DNA from: Oopsacas minuta | Taxonomy: Eukaryota > Animalia > Porifera | Length of the DNA: 31,578 nucleotides | Direction of reading: 5' to 3' | NCBI GenBank assembly: GCA_024704765.1 | Contig: JAKMXF010000177.1 | Location: 639,334-670,911, forward strand | Shown: one piece after another, positions 10,664 to 21,768 of the stretch | How positions within the stretch are numbered: the first letter of the stretch is position 1 | Layout of the letters: each line of letters opens with the position of its first letter | Translations under genes and position numbers: made by a program | The notes under the pieces: model-generated | What the model was told of the DNA's origin: nothing | Databases searched by the model: none | The model's input: the letters and a program-made list of their open reading frames with translations, nothing else

Positions 10664-11884
10664 CACTACGTAACAAATATTTATGAAATTTTTGTTTGGC
10701 TTGATATTTTGATGGTTTATGGATAATTTTGAGGCGCTGATTCCGAAAATGCAATTAGTTTTTTTCTATCATCGATCGTTAACTTTCAGGAAGCCTATTT
10801 ATATGAGCAGGTTACACGCTTAGCCAACCCAGCAAAACGTACCTCACGATCAAAATCTTTTGTGCTATAACAATAAAGATAACAAACATTTTGCACTCCC
10901 TTCACTGTCTCTTGTCTTTTTATGCTCTGGGAGACACTTAAAGTGTCTGCGAATGCACAGCTTAAACAGCATCAGATTTCCAGGCTGGAGTAGGATTACA
11001 AAACTTAGAAATTACGTTCTTGTGTATAGTTTATTTGCTATCCAGTACCTTCACTTGGAAAGTATTTACTTACATCAATAGTATAAGCTACCAGCAGCTA
11101 GTATAAGCATCAGTATAACTGACTTTAGCAGAGAAGGCAGAAACAACTTGCTGGTTGTTCTTACGTTAAGTTAGTGTTTTTCAAATTTAGAAATTGCAAT
11201 GGCTAGTAGACAATGCAAGAATTCACCTGACTCATTTTGCTATGCTTGTGGATATTATGTTGGTGGCAAACATGTTTCAAATAAAATATCAAAAGAAGCT
11301 AGTATTGGGAAGCGTATAGACTGTATTTTGGGATGTCCATTGAGGACCAGGAAAAGGCCTGGGCCCCACATGTAATTTGTGGCAGCTGTCGATCTAATCT
11401 TGAAAGTTGGTTGAGGGGTTCCGCTAGAGTTGTGCCATTTGCTATTCCAAGAGTTTGGAGAGAACCACAAAACCATCATGATGATTGTTACTTTTGTATG
11501 ATAAATATTGCTAGTACCTCAATGTTAAGGGAAGAAGAGCACTGACTTATCCAAGTATACCTTCATCCATTGCACCTATTCCTCACAGTGAAACTTTACC
11601 AGTTCCAAAACAACCAGCAAATGTAAGTAGTTTCCAACGCTAGAAGTACCTATTGTATAGCTAATAAATATTTAAGATCTAAGAACAAGAGAATTATTAC
11701 AGATGACGTATAGTGCTATAAAATGAATATTTTTCATTTAGATTCAGCAAAAAAAACTATAACCAATATACAAATTCTAGAAGAGTACGAAGGTGTAGAA
11801 TATTTTCTCTTTCGAAAGGTGTGAAAATTTGGCACCTTTCCTTTCATAATTTTTGCTAGAGGCTTGACGAAATTTTGACCAGTG
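10664..11884 (+). mobile_element. Internally deleted Chapaev3-type DNA transposon
   Basis: Begins CACTACGTAACAAA and ends AAATTTTGACCAGTG. Subterminal inverted gctgattccgaaaatg / catttagattcagc. ATG at 11199 gives MASRQCKNSPDSFCYACG..AYRLYFGMSIEDQEKAWAPHVICGSC..FAIPRVWREPQNHHDDCYFC..YPSIPSSIAPIPH. Frameshifted; no TSD identified. Confidence 0.75.
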
Positions 11885-11915
11885 TGATTCAATTTTTAAC
11901 GTAGCGGCTCGTTAT

Positions 11916-12328
11916 CAGGGTTTCATACAGGGGGTTGTAGGGGGGGGGGCAAGTGCCCACCCTGAGCCTTTAAGTGCCCCCTCGAAAAACCACTTAAACA
12001 AAGAAGTTTGAATAAATTGATTTTATATAGAACAAAGAACAGCAAGTCTACCAACTTAAAAAAGAGTAGTTTAAGGCTAATCAGAGTATCCTAGTGACAG
12101 TTTGAGTACGTGCTGTTACCCGAAATTATATTGAGTGGCCATTATACACGGTTACACACTGTATAGCTACATATCCAGCAGGTAATTTCATGATCAACCA
12201 AGTATCACAGAAGAAGTAACCTTCTTTACAATAAAAATCGCAATAATAAGTTTTCCCTTGATGGATAAAGTGAGGAGATGTGATTTAGTACCTGCCCCCC
12301 TTGTATGCAATTCCTATATGAAACTTTG
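11916..12328. mobile_element. hAT-like MITE with a 5-bp flanking direct repeat (GTTAT)
   Basis: gttat|cagggtttcatacagg ... cctatatgaaactttg|gttat; TIR 13/16; G-rich and C-rich subterminal runs. Confidence 0.6.
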
Positions 12329-12933
12329 GTTATCATTAAATTTCTATTTGTTAAGAATGAAGCGACAAGAGGGCCCATGGTTGGCGTCAATTTGAAATAT
12401 GTGCAAAATGTGTGAAATATGATTAATCACCAAAAAGGTGTGAAATATTCATTTTAGATACAATTAATACCAGAGATGCAAATCTCCACGACCCAAAATG
12501 TATATGTATGCCAATTTTCATGTTCATTCGACTGCTAGATTTCGCACGGCCGCGCGGACGGACATCGCACATCGTCCATGCCATTAAGGCATCTCCCTAT
12601 AGGAGCTACACTCAAAATCACCAATGTTTTAGGTGCATAAAATTCTATGCATCTGATAATGGGCGAAGTAAGCTAGTTTCAATGTCTAGAATGTTTGTAA
12701 TTTTAGGTCAAAAGCGGGTAAATATGACTAATCATTTAATAATGTAAAAATGTAATATAATTGAATTTTGAATTTGCCTAGAAATAACCCATTCTACATA
12801 TTTATACAAGTGAAGAAAGAAGAAATTTAAACACATTTAGTCTGGTTTCAAATCTCAAAAAGTGAGCAGGAACAATAGTACTAACACCTCTAAATCTCAA
12901 GAAATGGAACCAGAATAATAATAATAACACTAC

Positions 12934-14706
12934 TTATTTATCTTTTGAATACAATAACTGTAGATTGCCTTTGCGTGCAGATTCTCCATACTCGTGAATT
13001 CCACCTACTGTAGTAGAAATTTGATTGGTAGTCTGGTCTGCTATATACATCATAATCCTTCGAGCATTTTTAGTAGAAGCGTACTCAAGAAATAGGCTAG
13101 ATATATATAAATTACACAGTCTGAATGCTATGTCACGTGAAGCAGTTTCGAACATCACAGAATCAGCGAACATTGGTTCCATCAACATTGTGAACATAGT
13201 TAAATCACCGGATAACTTCTCTGCGATACAGGCAATGTCAGTGCCAGCTGAACTAGCCTTCCGAATACGTTGTTTGATGACGTCCGAGAATACTGAAAAC
13301 CACTCTCCATCTGTTGACGCGTGTACACGGAGGACATCAAGACATTGTATATTAGTTGTGCCCTCCCAAATTGGCAGTACCTGTGCATCTCGAAGGAGTC
13401 TAGGCAGTCCTGTATCTTCAATATAACCCTGACCTCCGAAACACTCTAACCCTTCCGAAATAACATGTACAGCTTCTTTAGCAGTATACATCTTTAGGAG
13501 TGGAGTTAATATTCTCAAGAGTATAATATTATTGTTAGAACTTCTACTATCTTCAACTAGTCCCATTAATCTGGATACATCCAGGGCAAACGCAGTCGCT
13601 TTGATTGTCCTTATTTCCAAGTTCGCTAATGTACGAACATGTAATGGATGTTTGAAGAGAGGACTACCAAATGCTTGTCGCTTCTTGGCATAATCACAAG
13701 CTAGTTGTAAGATACGACGCATCGCACCAGTAGCTGCAAGGCTGTTATGCAATCGTGTTATGGTCAGCATATGAGAAATCTGACTAACACCTCTCTTCGG
13801 CCTACCAATGATCTGAGCCACAGAACCAGTTAGTGTCAGCTCTGCAGTGGGCAGCTGTCGAGTACCAAGTTTGTTCTTCAGCTTGTCTATCTGAATAGCA
13901 TTATAAGTACCATTCTCAAGTTTTGTCTCAAGATAGAATAAAGACAACTGCTTATCATTTGACTGATCTGGTTGTTGAATTCTCGCTAGAGTGAATGCCA
14001 TCTCGCTGTCAACCGCAGACGTGAACCATTTCTGTCCATACAACTTGTAACTCTCATCTATTTGCTTGACGGCAACTGTTTCTGTACCTCCACTGACGTC
14101 CGATCCTCCCATCCGTTCTGTCATCCATTGACCAGAAGTCCAGAATTCAGTCGGCTTCCTGCTGATGAGAGACAAGAAAGCTGTGCTCATTAGTGAAGTA
14201 ATATTTTCCTCTTTAATAAGTTTAGCTGCTCCATCAGTCATTGCGAGAGGGCAGTTGTAGAGTCCAGAGGAAGGAGAGAACAAGTGTAACTTAGCAGCTT
14301 GATGAATACGACTGTACTCCCCATGTGTCCGTTCATAAGGAATAGATACTAAACCTTCTTCTGCGCTGATATCTTTCAATTGCTTCCAAGCATGACTTGT
14401 CATAACTTGATCAATTCTCTCGCCCCATGCAGAGTACTGGACTAACACAGGTTGTTCTAGCTCTGCTTGTAAACCAATTGCTTCGATTTCATTTGCTATT
14501 CTCTTACCAAATCGTTTGAGATCTTTTGAAACAATATCAAATATGTGAGGGGGTAGATATTCAACGAGAAGAATTCGGAGGAAATCTTCTGCTCTGTAAG
14601 GGTTCTCTAAGGTAGGAGGAGATTGAGAGTATTCTCTATTAATAAGACATTGTGGAACCTGGAACAAAGAATACAATTTCCTAGTGGTTATAGCTAATAA
14701 CGTCAT
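12934..14706 (-). CDS. acdh-11: Acyl-CoA dehydrogenase, AidB / C. elegans acdh-11 subfamily; 590 aa, intronless
   Basis: Intact ORF with CPLAMTDGAA, WTSGQWMTERMGGSDV, GQKWFTS, KLGTRQLPTAEL, RLHNS and ECFGGQGYIEDTGLPRLLRDAQVLPIWEGTTNI. First ATG is at 14706; the ORF-track start at 14778 adds 24 non-conserved codons. Confidence 0.92.
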   Translation of the reverse strand: MTLLAITTRKLYSLFQVPQCLINREYSQSPPTLENPYRAEDFLRILLVEYLPPHIFDIVSKDLKRFGKRIANEIEAIGLQAELEQPVLVQYSAWGERIDQVMTSHAWKQLKDISAEEGLVSIPYERTHGEYSRIHQAAKLHLFSPSSGLYNCPLAMTDGAAKLIKEENITSLMSTAFLSLISRKPTEFWTSGQWMTERMGGSDVSGGTETVAVKQIDESYKLYGQKWFTSAVDSEMAFTLARIQQPDQSNDKQLSLFYLETKLENGTYNAIQIDKLKNKLGTRQLPTAELTLTGSVAQIIGRPKRGVSQISHMLTITRLHNSLAATGAMRRILQLACDYAKKRQAFGSPLFKHPLHVRTLANLEIRTIKATAFALDVSRLMGLVEDSRSSNNNIILLRILTPLLKMYTAKEAVHVISEGLECFGGQGYIEDTGLPRLLRDAQVLPIWEGTTNIQCLDVLRVHASTDGEWFSVFSDVIKQRIRKASSAGTDIACIAEKLSGDLTMFTMLMEPMFADSVMFETASRDIAFRLCNLYISSLFLEYASTKNARRIMMYIADQTTNQISTTVGGIHEYGESARKGNLQLLYSKDK

Positions 14707-15339
14707 TACTAAGAAGAAAAGTGTGAATAGGAGAATGTCAATTAGGAAAATACTGTTTTGAGGATTTTGTATAGTCATCAGATAGCAATAGCACTAGAGA
14801 AGTGTAAAATTGATATAACTTTTATGATTGAAGTCAGATCACATTATTATAATTCACGTCGTTTAATTAGTCACATGACCATATTTGGGAATAATTTATA
14901 TAGCAACGCAACAAGGTCTCAGGAATGTGTCAACATTCCATTCCCAAATCTTATCCAAACCCTATCGAGTGGCCACTTGTTCGACGCCGCCCTGAACACG
15001 AAATATAGCTATATAGCCATACAAAGTTGATCTGAAAGATTGAATTAGCTAGCCTACATTCACAACACCTGCGATACTATGTATTGGACGCCAAGTTTTG
15101 ACCTCAGAAATTTTCAACTTCTGGGTGTATGTTTGTAGTAGACTTTTATTCTGTCGGTTAGACTAGTTAGTAGATGACAAAAAGCAGTAAAAAGTTTTGT
15201 TGAAATTTGTTAGGTTAACTCATTCTTGCCTCTTTGACCCGACTATAAATTAGAATCTGTAATTAGCGTTACTTGCAGACAAACAAAGAGGTATTCAAGA
15301 TATTATGATAAATACTGGTTAGGAATGATAATAATAATA

Positions 15340-16500
15340 TTAGTTTAGCTCAGCCAGGTAGATAACTCCATCCACTGAATACGGGACTACATCGATATAG
15401 GTCTTGTCCAACGGAAATCTTGGAGGTATGCTTTCTAACAAGCCAGAGAATGCTTCACAAGTCTCAATACCCAACTTGTTGCCCCAGATAGAGACGCTTT
15501 TGATTGAATCGTTACGAAACAAAGAAACAGAAAAATGACAAAGTCCAGCATCTCCAATATTATTATAACCAATCATCAGAGTTCCTAGAGTAGAATTGTA
15601 GAACCGAATAACCTCACTTATAGCTATTAATCCCTGGTCTCCGATTCGATTAGCAGTCAAGTCGATGTATTTGATGGTAGTATTGAATTTTAATAATTGG
15701 GAAAGGTATTTCGCGCCATCTTGAGCCAGCTTATTACAGCTGAAGTCTAAAGATACAATTGACTTGTTGTCCTTGAATAAATTACATAACTCGAGCATAT
15801 CAAAATCCGTCAAATTATGTTTAGATAATCTTAGTTCTTTGAGGGTTTTGTTAACATTCAACATTTTTCCCAAATGCGTTGTTGTTTCGCTATTTCTACT
15901 GAACAAGATTGGCCTGGAGATATCGAGTAATTGAATTGATTGATTAAAACTGAGAACGGTAGCGAGGGCTATCACCACGTCAGTGTTTATGTCACAAGAA
16001 GACAAGAGTAGTTCTTTAAGTGATTGGTTCACCTGGAGCATTGATGCAACACTAAGTCCTCCTTTTAACCCTAATTTACATCCAGAGAGATTGAGATGTT
16101 TCAAGGTACTATTAAAGTGAAGTGATTTAATCAAAGAATCCACACCATCTCCATCAAAATCGTTGAAAGATAAATCCAATCTTTCGAGGTATTTGTCTTC
16201 TTTAATTATTTCAGAAAGTTGCTCAATCCCTATCATATTAATTGAATTGTAAGACAGATCAATTGAAACCAACTTTGACATCCCCCAAGACCTACATAAT
16301 GCTGTGATTAGGTCATCGTTAATTCTGGCGCTCTTTCGACCTCTACCGGTTAAAGAGACACAAATTTCCCCATCCGATGACCTGGCATATGACTTGATAA
16401 TCTGCTGTAGGACAACTTTACACAAGCTATCCTCTATGCCAAGATTCGAGCAATTTACCTCTAAGGCATTGATGAATGAATCCAGATTCTCACTAGACAT
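15340..16500 (-). CDS. LRRC34: Leucine-rich repeat-containing protein 34 (RNI-like LRR); 386 aa, intronless
   Basis: RNI-type LRRs plus LRRC34-specific motifs: RPILFS..ETTTHLGKML, SCNKL..DG, IWGNK..ETCEAFSGL, DVVPYSVDGVIYLAE. Confidence 0.92.
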   Translation of the reverse strand: MSSENLDSFINALEVNCSNLGIEDSLCKVVLQQIIKSYARSSDGEICVSLTGRGRKSARINDDLITALCRSWGMSKLVSIDLSYNSINMIGIEQLSEIIKEDKYLERLDLSFNDFDGDGVDSLIKSLHFNSTLKHLNLSGCKLGLKGGLSVASMLQVNQSLKELLLSSCDINTDVVIALATVLSFNQSIQLLDISRPILFSRNSETTTHLGKMLNVNKTLKELRLSKHNLTDFDMLELCNLFKDNKSIVSLDFSCNKLAQDGAKYLSQLLKFNTTIKYIDLTANRIGDQGLIAISEVIRFYNSTLGTLMIGYNNIGDAGLCHFSVSLFRNDSIKSVSIWGNKLGIETCEAFSGLLESIPPRFPLDKTYIDVVPYSVDGVIYLAELN

Positions 16501-16639
16501 TGTGCTAAAATGCTACTACATTAATAAAACATAAATTTGGATAACAACAACAACAAATGGAATTGTTAAAATCGATTTAGTATGAAATTTCGTTGGGGAT
16601 TTCTTGGGGATATGAAATATGATTAATCATATGATAAAT

Positions 16640-16743
16640 CAATGGCGGCGCAAAAAGTTAGGCTAGTTAGGCCATGGCCTGACCACTTTACAATAGACCA
16701 AGCCAATAGCCTGACCGTCACTTAACACCTTCCGCCGCCTTTG
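16640..16743. mobile_element. 104-bp hAT-like MITE with a 5-bp flanking direct repeat (TAAAT)
   Basis: taaat|caatggcggcgcaa ... ttccgccgcctttg|taaat; TIR 12/14; internal aggccatggcct palindrome and repeated gcctgacc. Confidence 0.65.
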
Positions 16744-17842
16744 TAAATCATAGAGATATAGATTTGGAAAAAAACAACATATTTTTGAGGAGTTATTTAT
16801 CGTTATGATGAATTGAACTTTTGGCTTTCTCAGAAGAAACTTACAAATTTTGTAGATTCAACCAACAACCTTAGCGCATTAGGACATGTATCATAATAAT
16901 CAAATATCATTGAAAAACAGTCTTTGGAGGAAGTGGCTATAACATATTGACTCTAATATCTCTCGTTCAAGGGCATTTACATGTTTTAATGTTTTGTCAT
17001 ATGAATGAAATATTTCAGACTTATATACATAGATTCGCGTATTACTACCCTTCTGGGCAAGTTTCATCAAGAGTTAGGCAACCCGTGCACCCTAAGTGTG
17101 CACCCTCATAATTATTTTTGGATGCGGGTCGTACCCAGGTAAAGGCCTGCTTCTGGGATGTGTGAATCGGCGGTCCTAGGCGCTAATATTGTATTAGTAG
17201 GGCAATTCGGCAAACTGGACAGTAGAGCAAGGAATTATCGAGGAGCGCCAGACGCTCCTCGAGGCGTATGGTTTTTGATGGAATTATATTTAGGAGCGTG
17301 AAAATTGGAGATCTTTCACTATACTGTAACACTAATTTACGGATTCAGGCGTATGAAATTTGACAGGAGGAGCGCTAGGAGGGCGCTGCGAATAACCTTA
17401 CAGTAGAGGTGTTAGGTTCAGAAAATATAATATATTCGATTATACAATTGAGAAATTTTTGGACCTCAAATGTGTACATTTGGGGAGTAGTGTCTCCCTT
17501 ACCTCTCTCTAGATTCGCTAATGGGTGTGTACCAATGTCTTTACATTGTTATTTGTTTGTGGGACATTTTGGCTTAGCTTTATTTCTAGCCCTGGGTGTT
17601 ATTTACTGGGCAATGAGCTAGGGGGTATATAATATTCTGGGATAGTCTAATATATTCCGAAAGATTATTTCCTGGTATAATCTGGGGTAGGATAGATTAT
17701 ACCCAGGCATATTCCAGGATAAAGGTAAAATAGAAATGTTACTAGTATATATAGATAATGTTACCTAAGTATACGTATTCATATTTTACATAGAGCGACT
17801 TGTGGAGGGGTGAATAATAGTAATGCAAAACTACTTGTGGTT

Positions 17843-18008
17843 GGACCAAATCACATTGCAACCCCTGACCAAATACGTGTTAATTCTAAATATTTAGTCT
17901 AGGCAATTTTTAGGCCTGTCGGACCAAATATTATTGATAATTTGGTCCGAACTGAATTACAAACCCGGACCGAATATGCCTAAATATTTGGTCTGGGCAA
18001 TTTTTAGG
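17843..18008. repeat. GGACCAAAT-motif repeat cluster with a 29-bp direct repeat; probable transposon subterminal relic
   Basis: ctaaatattt(a/g)gtct(a/g)ggcaatttttagg at 17886-17914 and 17980-18008. About 6 ggaccaaat-like motifs in both orientations; the motif recurs at ~18870. Confidence 0.55.
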
Positions 18009-18079
18009 ACGCCCCTAGGGTGGGGGCTATTACTCCACTAGTTTTTCAACATAAGAATAACTCAAATCAATTAGTAAAC

Positions 18080-18720
18080 GCGCTTTCCAACACATTATCT
18101 AAATTGATTGTTTTCACAATATCTCTATTCCAAGAAAGTGACATCAAATCACTTGTCTAGTGCTATCAAGATTATATCTAGCCCAATTAAATATTCTATT
18201 CATGGCACTAAAGCTGCTCTCGACTGTTGCAGGAATGACAGGGATGGTTTTGGAGATCGCAATTAACTTCATTAATTGAGGGAACAAATCTAAGTCTAAT
18301 GGTTAGCCATCTTTTAGTACAATTTTGGCTATTTCGTTCTCACTTTTGAGGAGCATAAAATATAAGTGAGACAATTCTTGAAATGCTCGGCGATAAAACT
18401 TCCGGTATAGAAATAGGCTTGCTTATATTAATCTAAAGAATCTAATTAAGATAATAGTTGAATGTTATCATAAGGAAAACACCAATCAAATTCGTTGATA
18501 CTATTGTTGATTAACTTGTCTCTTAGCTCTTGACATAAATAAGGATCAGAAAGATTGTTACTTCTGAATGATTGTAAAGGGTCTTCAGTTCACAATGTAT
18601 AGTAATCCCAACCTCTGAGCATTAGAGGCTGCTCTTCCAATAATTTCTGAATCTTTATCATTTATAATTGTTGTTTTATTGGCTGTATCTCAGACAATAG
18701 AGATCCATTTTATGTTATTT
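18080..18720 (-). mobile_element. hAT transposase C-terminal remnant including the dimerization domain
   Basis: FPQLMKLIAISKTIPVIPATVESSFSAMNRI..(S)DLMSLSWNRDIVKTINLDNVLE matches the hAT dimerization motif (FPNLxKL..LPV..ERSFS). Many stops. Confidence 0.75.
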
Positions 18721-19924
18721 TCCTGCATACATGAATTGAGACTTTTTTCAAAGATTTTTCAAAGAACTTCATGTAAAAGACGAGAAATATGAACATATGA
18801 TATATTTTATGTTGCCAAAAATTGAGAAATTTTCGAAGATACACAAAAAGAGGTGTATCTGGCATGCCATATTTGGTCCCCCTGTAGTTAATGTACCCGG
18901 GGATAATCCTAATATGAAGACGGAAGGAATTAATGGATGGACGAAATCCCAACAACGATGAAGCAACTCATTCTATTTTATCGATGGTTCTAAAGAATCA
19001 GCCAAAAAGCTTCGAAAACATGCAACTAGGAAGTTATTGCGGTAATTATGCGAAATATCCACTCAGTGTTATGTTACAGTCAGATTTTTCATAGAATCTA
19101 TTACATTATTTGTCCAAATTTTCCAATAAACCGTAATAACGGTCTGATGGCCAGCATATGGAGAGTAATAGGTTGTGGTCTATGCTTGATAACACATGTA
19201 TAATGAGATCTCGAAGATATGATACTGATATCCAGAAAATGTTCATGAAGAAACAGAACCGGCACAAAGTTATTCGTCAACAGCTGGAAATATGGCGAGG
19301 GATACGTTTCTGGGAAGTTTCTGGGAAGTTTCTGGAGCACAGGCCAAGAGCTCTGATTCAGAACTTGAAAGTCCTCCTGTTCTCCTCTTCCAATCAAACC
19401 TTCAGTCTCTCTACCCATTCAGCCCAGAAATCCTCACGCGTGCCAAAAGCCCTCAAGTAAAGCTAAACCTACCTCAAGTACTGCTAAGCCTGTCTCATCT
19501 ACGGGAGAGGACTACTATGAGATATGTGGCGGCACCGAATTAATGGTCGAGTCGGCTTGAGAATACAGAACAACTTTGCCCCGATGAGATTCAGTGAGTA
19601 ATGTGCGATATCTGTGGATCTTGGTATCATGACGAGCGATTATTGCCCAGATTGCTGATGAAACAGCTTTCATTAGTAGTTAGAAAGGATTAGAATAGCC
19701 TATTATTGTAATATTATTGAATAAGACAGAGCTCTATTACATATCCAAAACTTTCGCATTCAAGAATAATCTTGGAATATAGCCATTATCTTTCAATTAC
19801 ATTACTGATAGAAATTTGATATCTTACCAGATATGTACATTATATACATTTTACAGAATTAGAAAACTTTATATTTATTATGATTGTTTACTAAATCTAA
19901 TTTGTAGAGTTACAGAACTGAATT

Positions 19925-20773
19925 ATGGCTACAGCTAATCCTTTGGAGAGAATATTCTCTGTAGACTATAAGAACAAGTTACAACAAATAGTCAATGTTT
20001 GTAGATGGGGAAAGGGGCTAGATAATCTTGATGGACCAGAAGGTGTGACTATTGGTAATTCTACAGGAGATATCTATGTAGCAGATAGAGGGAATCATTG
20101 TGTGAAAGTATTTGATAATAATTGTAAGAGTTTGTTCAAATTTGGAGATGAAGAAGGAGAAGGAAAGATGTATCATCCAATTGGGTTAGCTATATGTAGA
20201 GATAGAATTCTAATCACACAGAGAAGGAACTATATTTTAATATATCAAGTTAATGGGAAGTTTGTTTCTAGGATAGGAAAACCTGGGAAAGGAGAATTGG
20301 AATTTGATCATCCTCGTGGTCTAACATTTGATGAATCTAATGGAGAGGTATACATATGTGATTATAATAATAATCGTATTCAGATACTTTCAAAAGAATT
20401 TGCCTTCAAAACACAGTTTGGATTAGATACCCTCAGATACCCTCTTGATGTTAAACTTTCTAAAGAAAGTATTTTTGTTCTAGAACATTCTAATCCTTGC
20501 CTTCATCTGTTCAACTACGATCTCATTCTACAGAAGAGTGTTATTTCTCGAGGAACTGGATTAATAATTCTTAGTCCAAGGTTTTTCTATATTGACACTT
20601 CAGACAATATTATCATCACAGATTATTATTCTAACAATTTTTCTATTTTCAACTCTCAATTCGAATTGATACATAAGATATCTATACCTTATCCTACCGG
20701 TCTTACAGTAGATAATCAAGGAAGAGTAATTGTATCTAGTAGAGGAGGTTACAAGTGTCTTTACATATTCTAA
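19925..20773 (+). CDS. Stand-alone NHL-repeat beta-propeller protein; 282 aa, intronless
   Basis: Six NHL-like blades (LDGPEGVTI..IYVAD..NHCVKVF; FDHPRGLTFD..VYICDYNNNRIQI; PTGLTVDNQGRVIVS). Intact ORF. Confidence 0.9.
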   Translation: MATANPLERIFSVDYKNKLQQIVNVCRWGKGLDNLDGPEGVTIGNSTGDIYVADRGNHCVKVFDNNCKSLFKFGDEEGEGKMYHPIGLAICRDRILITQRRNYILIYQVNGKFVSRIGKPGKGELEFDHPRGLTFDESNGEVYICDYNNNRIQILSKEFAFKTQFGLDTLRYPLDVKLSKESIFVLEHSNPCLHLFNYDLILQKSVISRGTGLIILSPRFFYIDTSDNIIITDYYSNNFSIFNSQFELIHKISIPYPTGLTVDNQGRVIVSSRGGYKCLYIF

Positions 20774-21019
20774 CTTACTTTTGCATTCCTAATAAGTTTC
20801 ATGCTCAGAAATATTATTGTATCTATTATTGTACTACTATTCGTATGCTTTGTATTAATTCTTCTTCCTTTGTTTTGGTCATCACATAGAGTTAGCAATC
20901 AATCATACATTTACCTTTCATATGTGCTACTTGAATTACAATAGCCATCACTTAATAGGGTGACTTCAGGACCAAGACTAATTGAACCGTTTAACCAGAG
21001 TTCTTAGAAATAATATATA

Positions 21020-21142
21020 CAGCGGAAACCGCCTATTAGCAGCTATTTTCATGGCATAAAGTTCAGTTTTGTATGGTATTTAAAGTGAATAATAGCGAAA
21101 TTCGCGAAATAGCAAGGAAAGTCTTGCAAAAGGTTTCCACTG
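21020..21142. mobile_element. 123-bp pogo-like mini-MITE
   Basis: TA|cagcggaaacc ... ggtttccactg|TA (10/11 TIR). Confidence 0.6.
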
Positions 21143-21325
21143 TATACGTAGATACTAGAGTTATATTTGGGGCCAGAAATAGATTACGAAATGGCTATTG
21201 ACACCGGTCGGTCGCGGTCTTTGTCAATAGCCACTTAGTAATTAATATTGTCATGTTAACTATGTTAACCTTTTCCTTAAATTTCCCTAAAAATTTGCAA
21301 AATTATTTTTCATTGTATTAGAATT

Positions 21326-21525
21326 TTTTGAGATTTGCAAAAATTTGTTTACTTTATACTCATAAAAATAACAATAAATTTACATATGAGAAATTTGAAA
21401 ATACGAAATTCGGATTCAGCGTATTAGTTACCCCTGGTGGGTAGCCGTTTATAGCAACCCTGTATGTATGTTTTGAGATTTGGATAATTTGTTTACTTTT
21501 ATATTCATAAAAACAACAATAAATT
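21326..21525 (+). repeat. 55-bp imperfect direct repeat pair (21326-21380 and 21471-21525)
   Basis: ttttgagatttg..aatttgtttacttt..cataaaaa.aacaataaatt occurs twice. The spacer contains ttcggattcagc, similar to the Chapaev-type subterminal motif. Confidence 0.65.
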
Positions 21526-21768
21526 AACGAGAGTATGACTTTTATGTACAAATATAATAGTCATAATTCATAAATAAGGAATAATAGTATAACACTAGTA
21601 AATAATACAATTGCACTTAGTATTCTTAAGTATATTTTACTTAATGGATTACTTAATTATTCCTTGGCATTTCTTTTTGGCGAAAAATGGATTTTCTCAA
21701 TGAAAGTTGCGTTTCCAAATTCTTTAATTGTAATGATTCTCTGCTAATTTCTGAGCTGATGGAAACCG

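Noticed and set aside
12934-14706. Intronless AidB-like gene as a bacterial horizontal transfer
   Set aside because: This subfamily is known in invertebrates (C. elegans acdh-11), and the neighbouring LRRC34 is also intronless, so the lack of introns is uninformative without a phylogeny.
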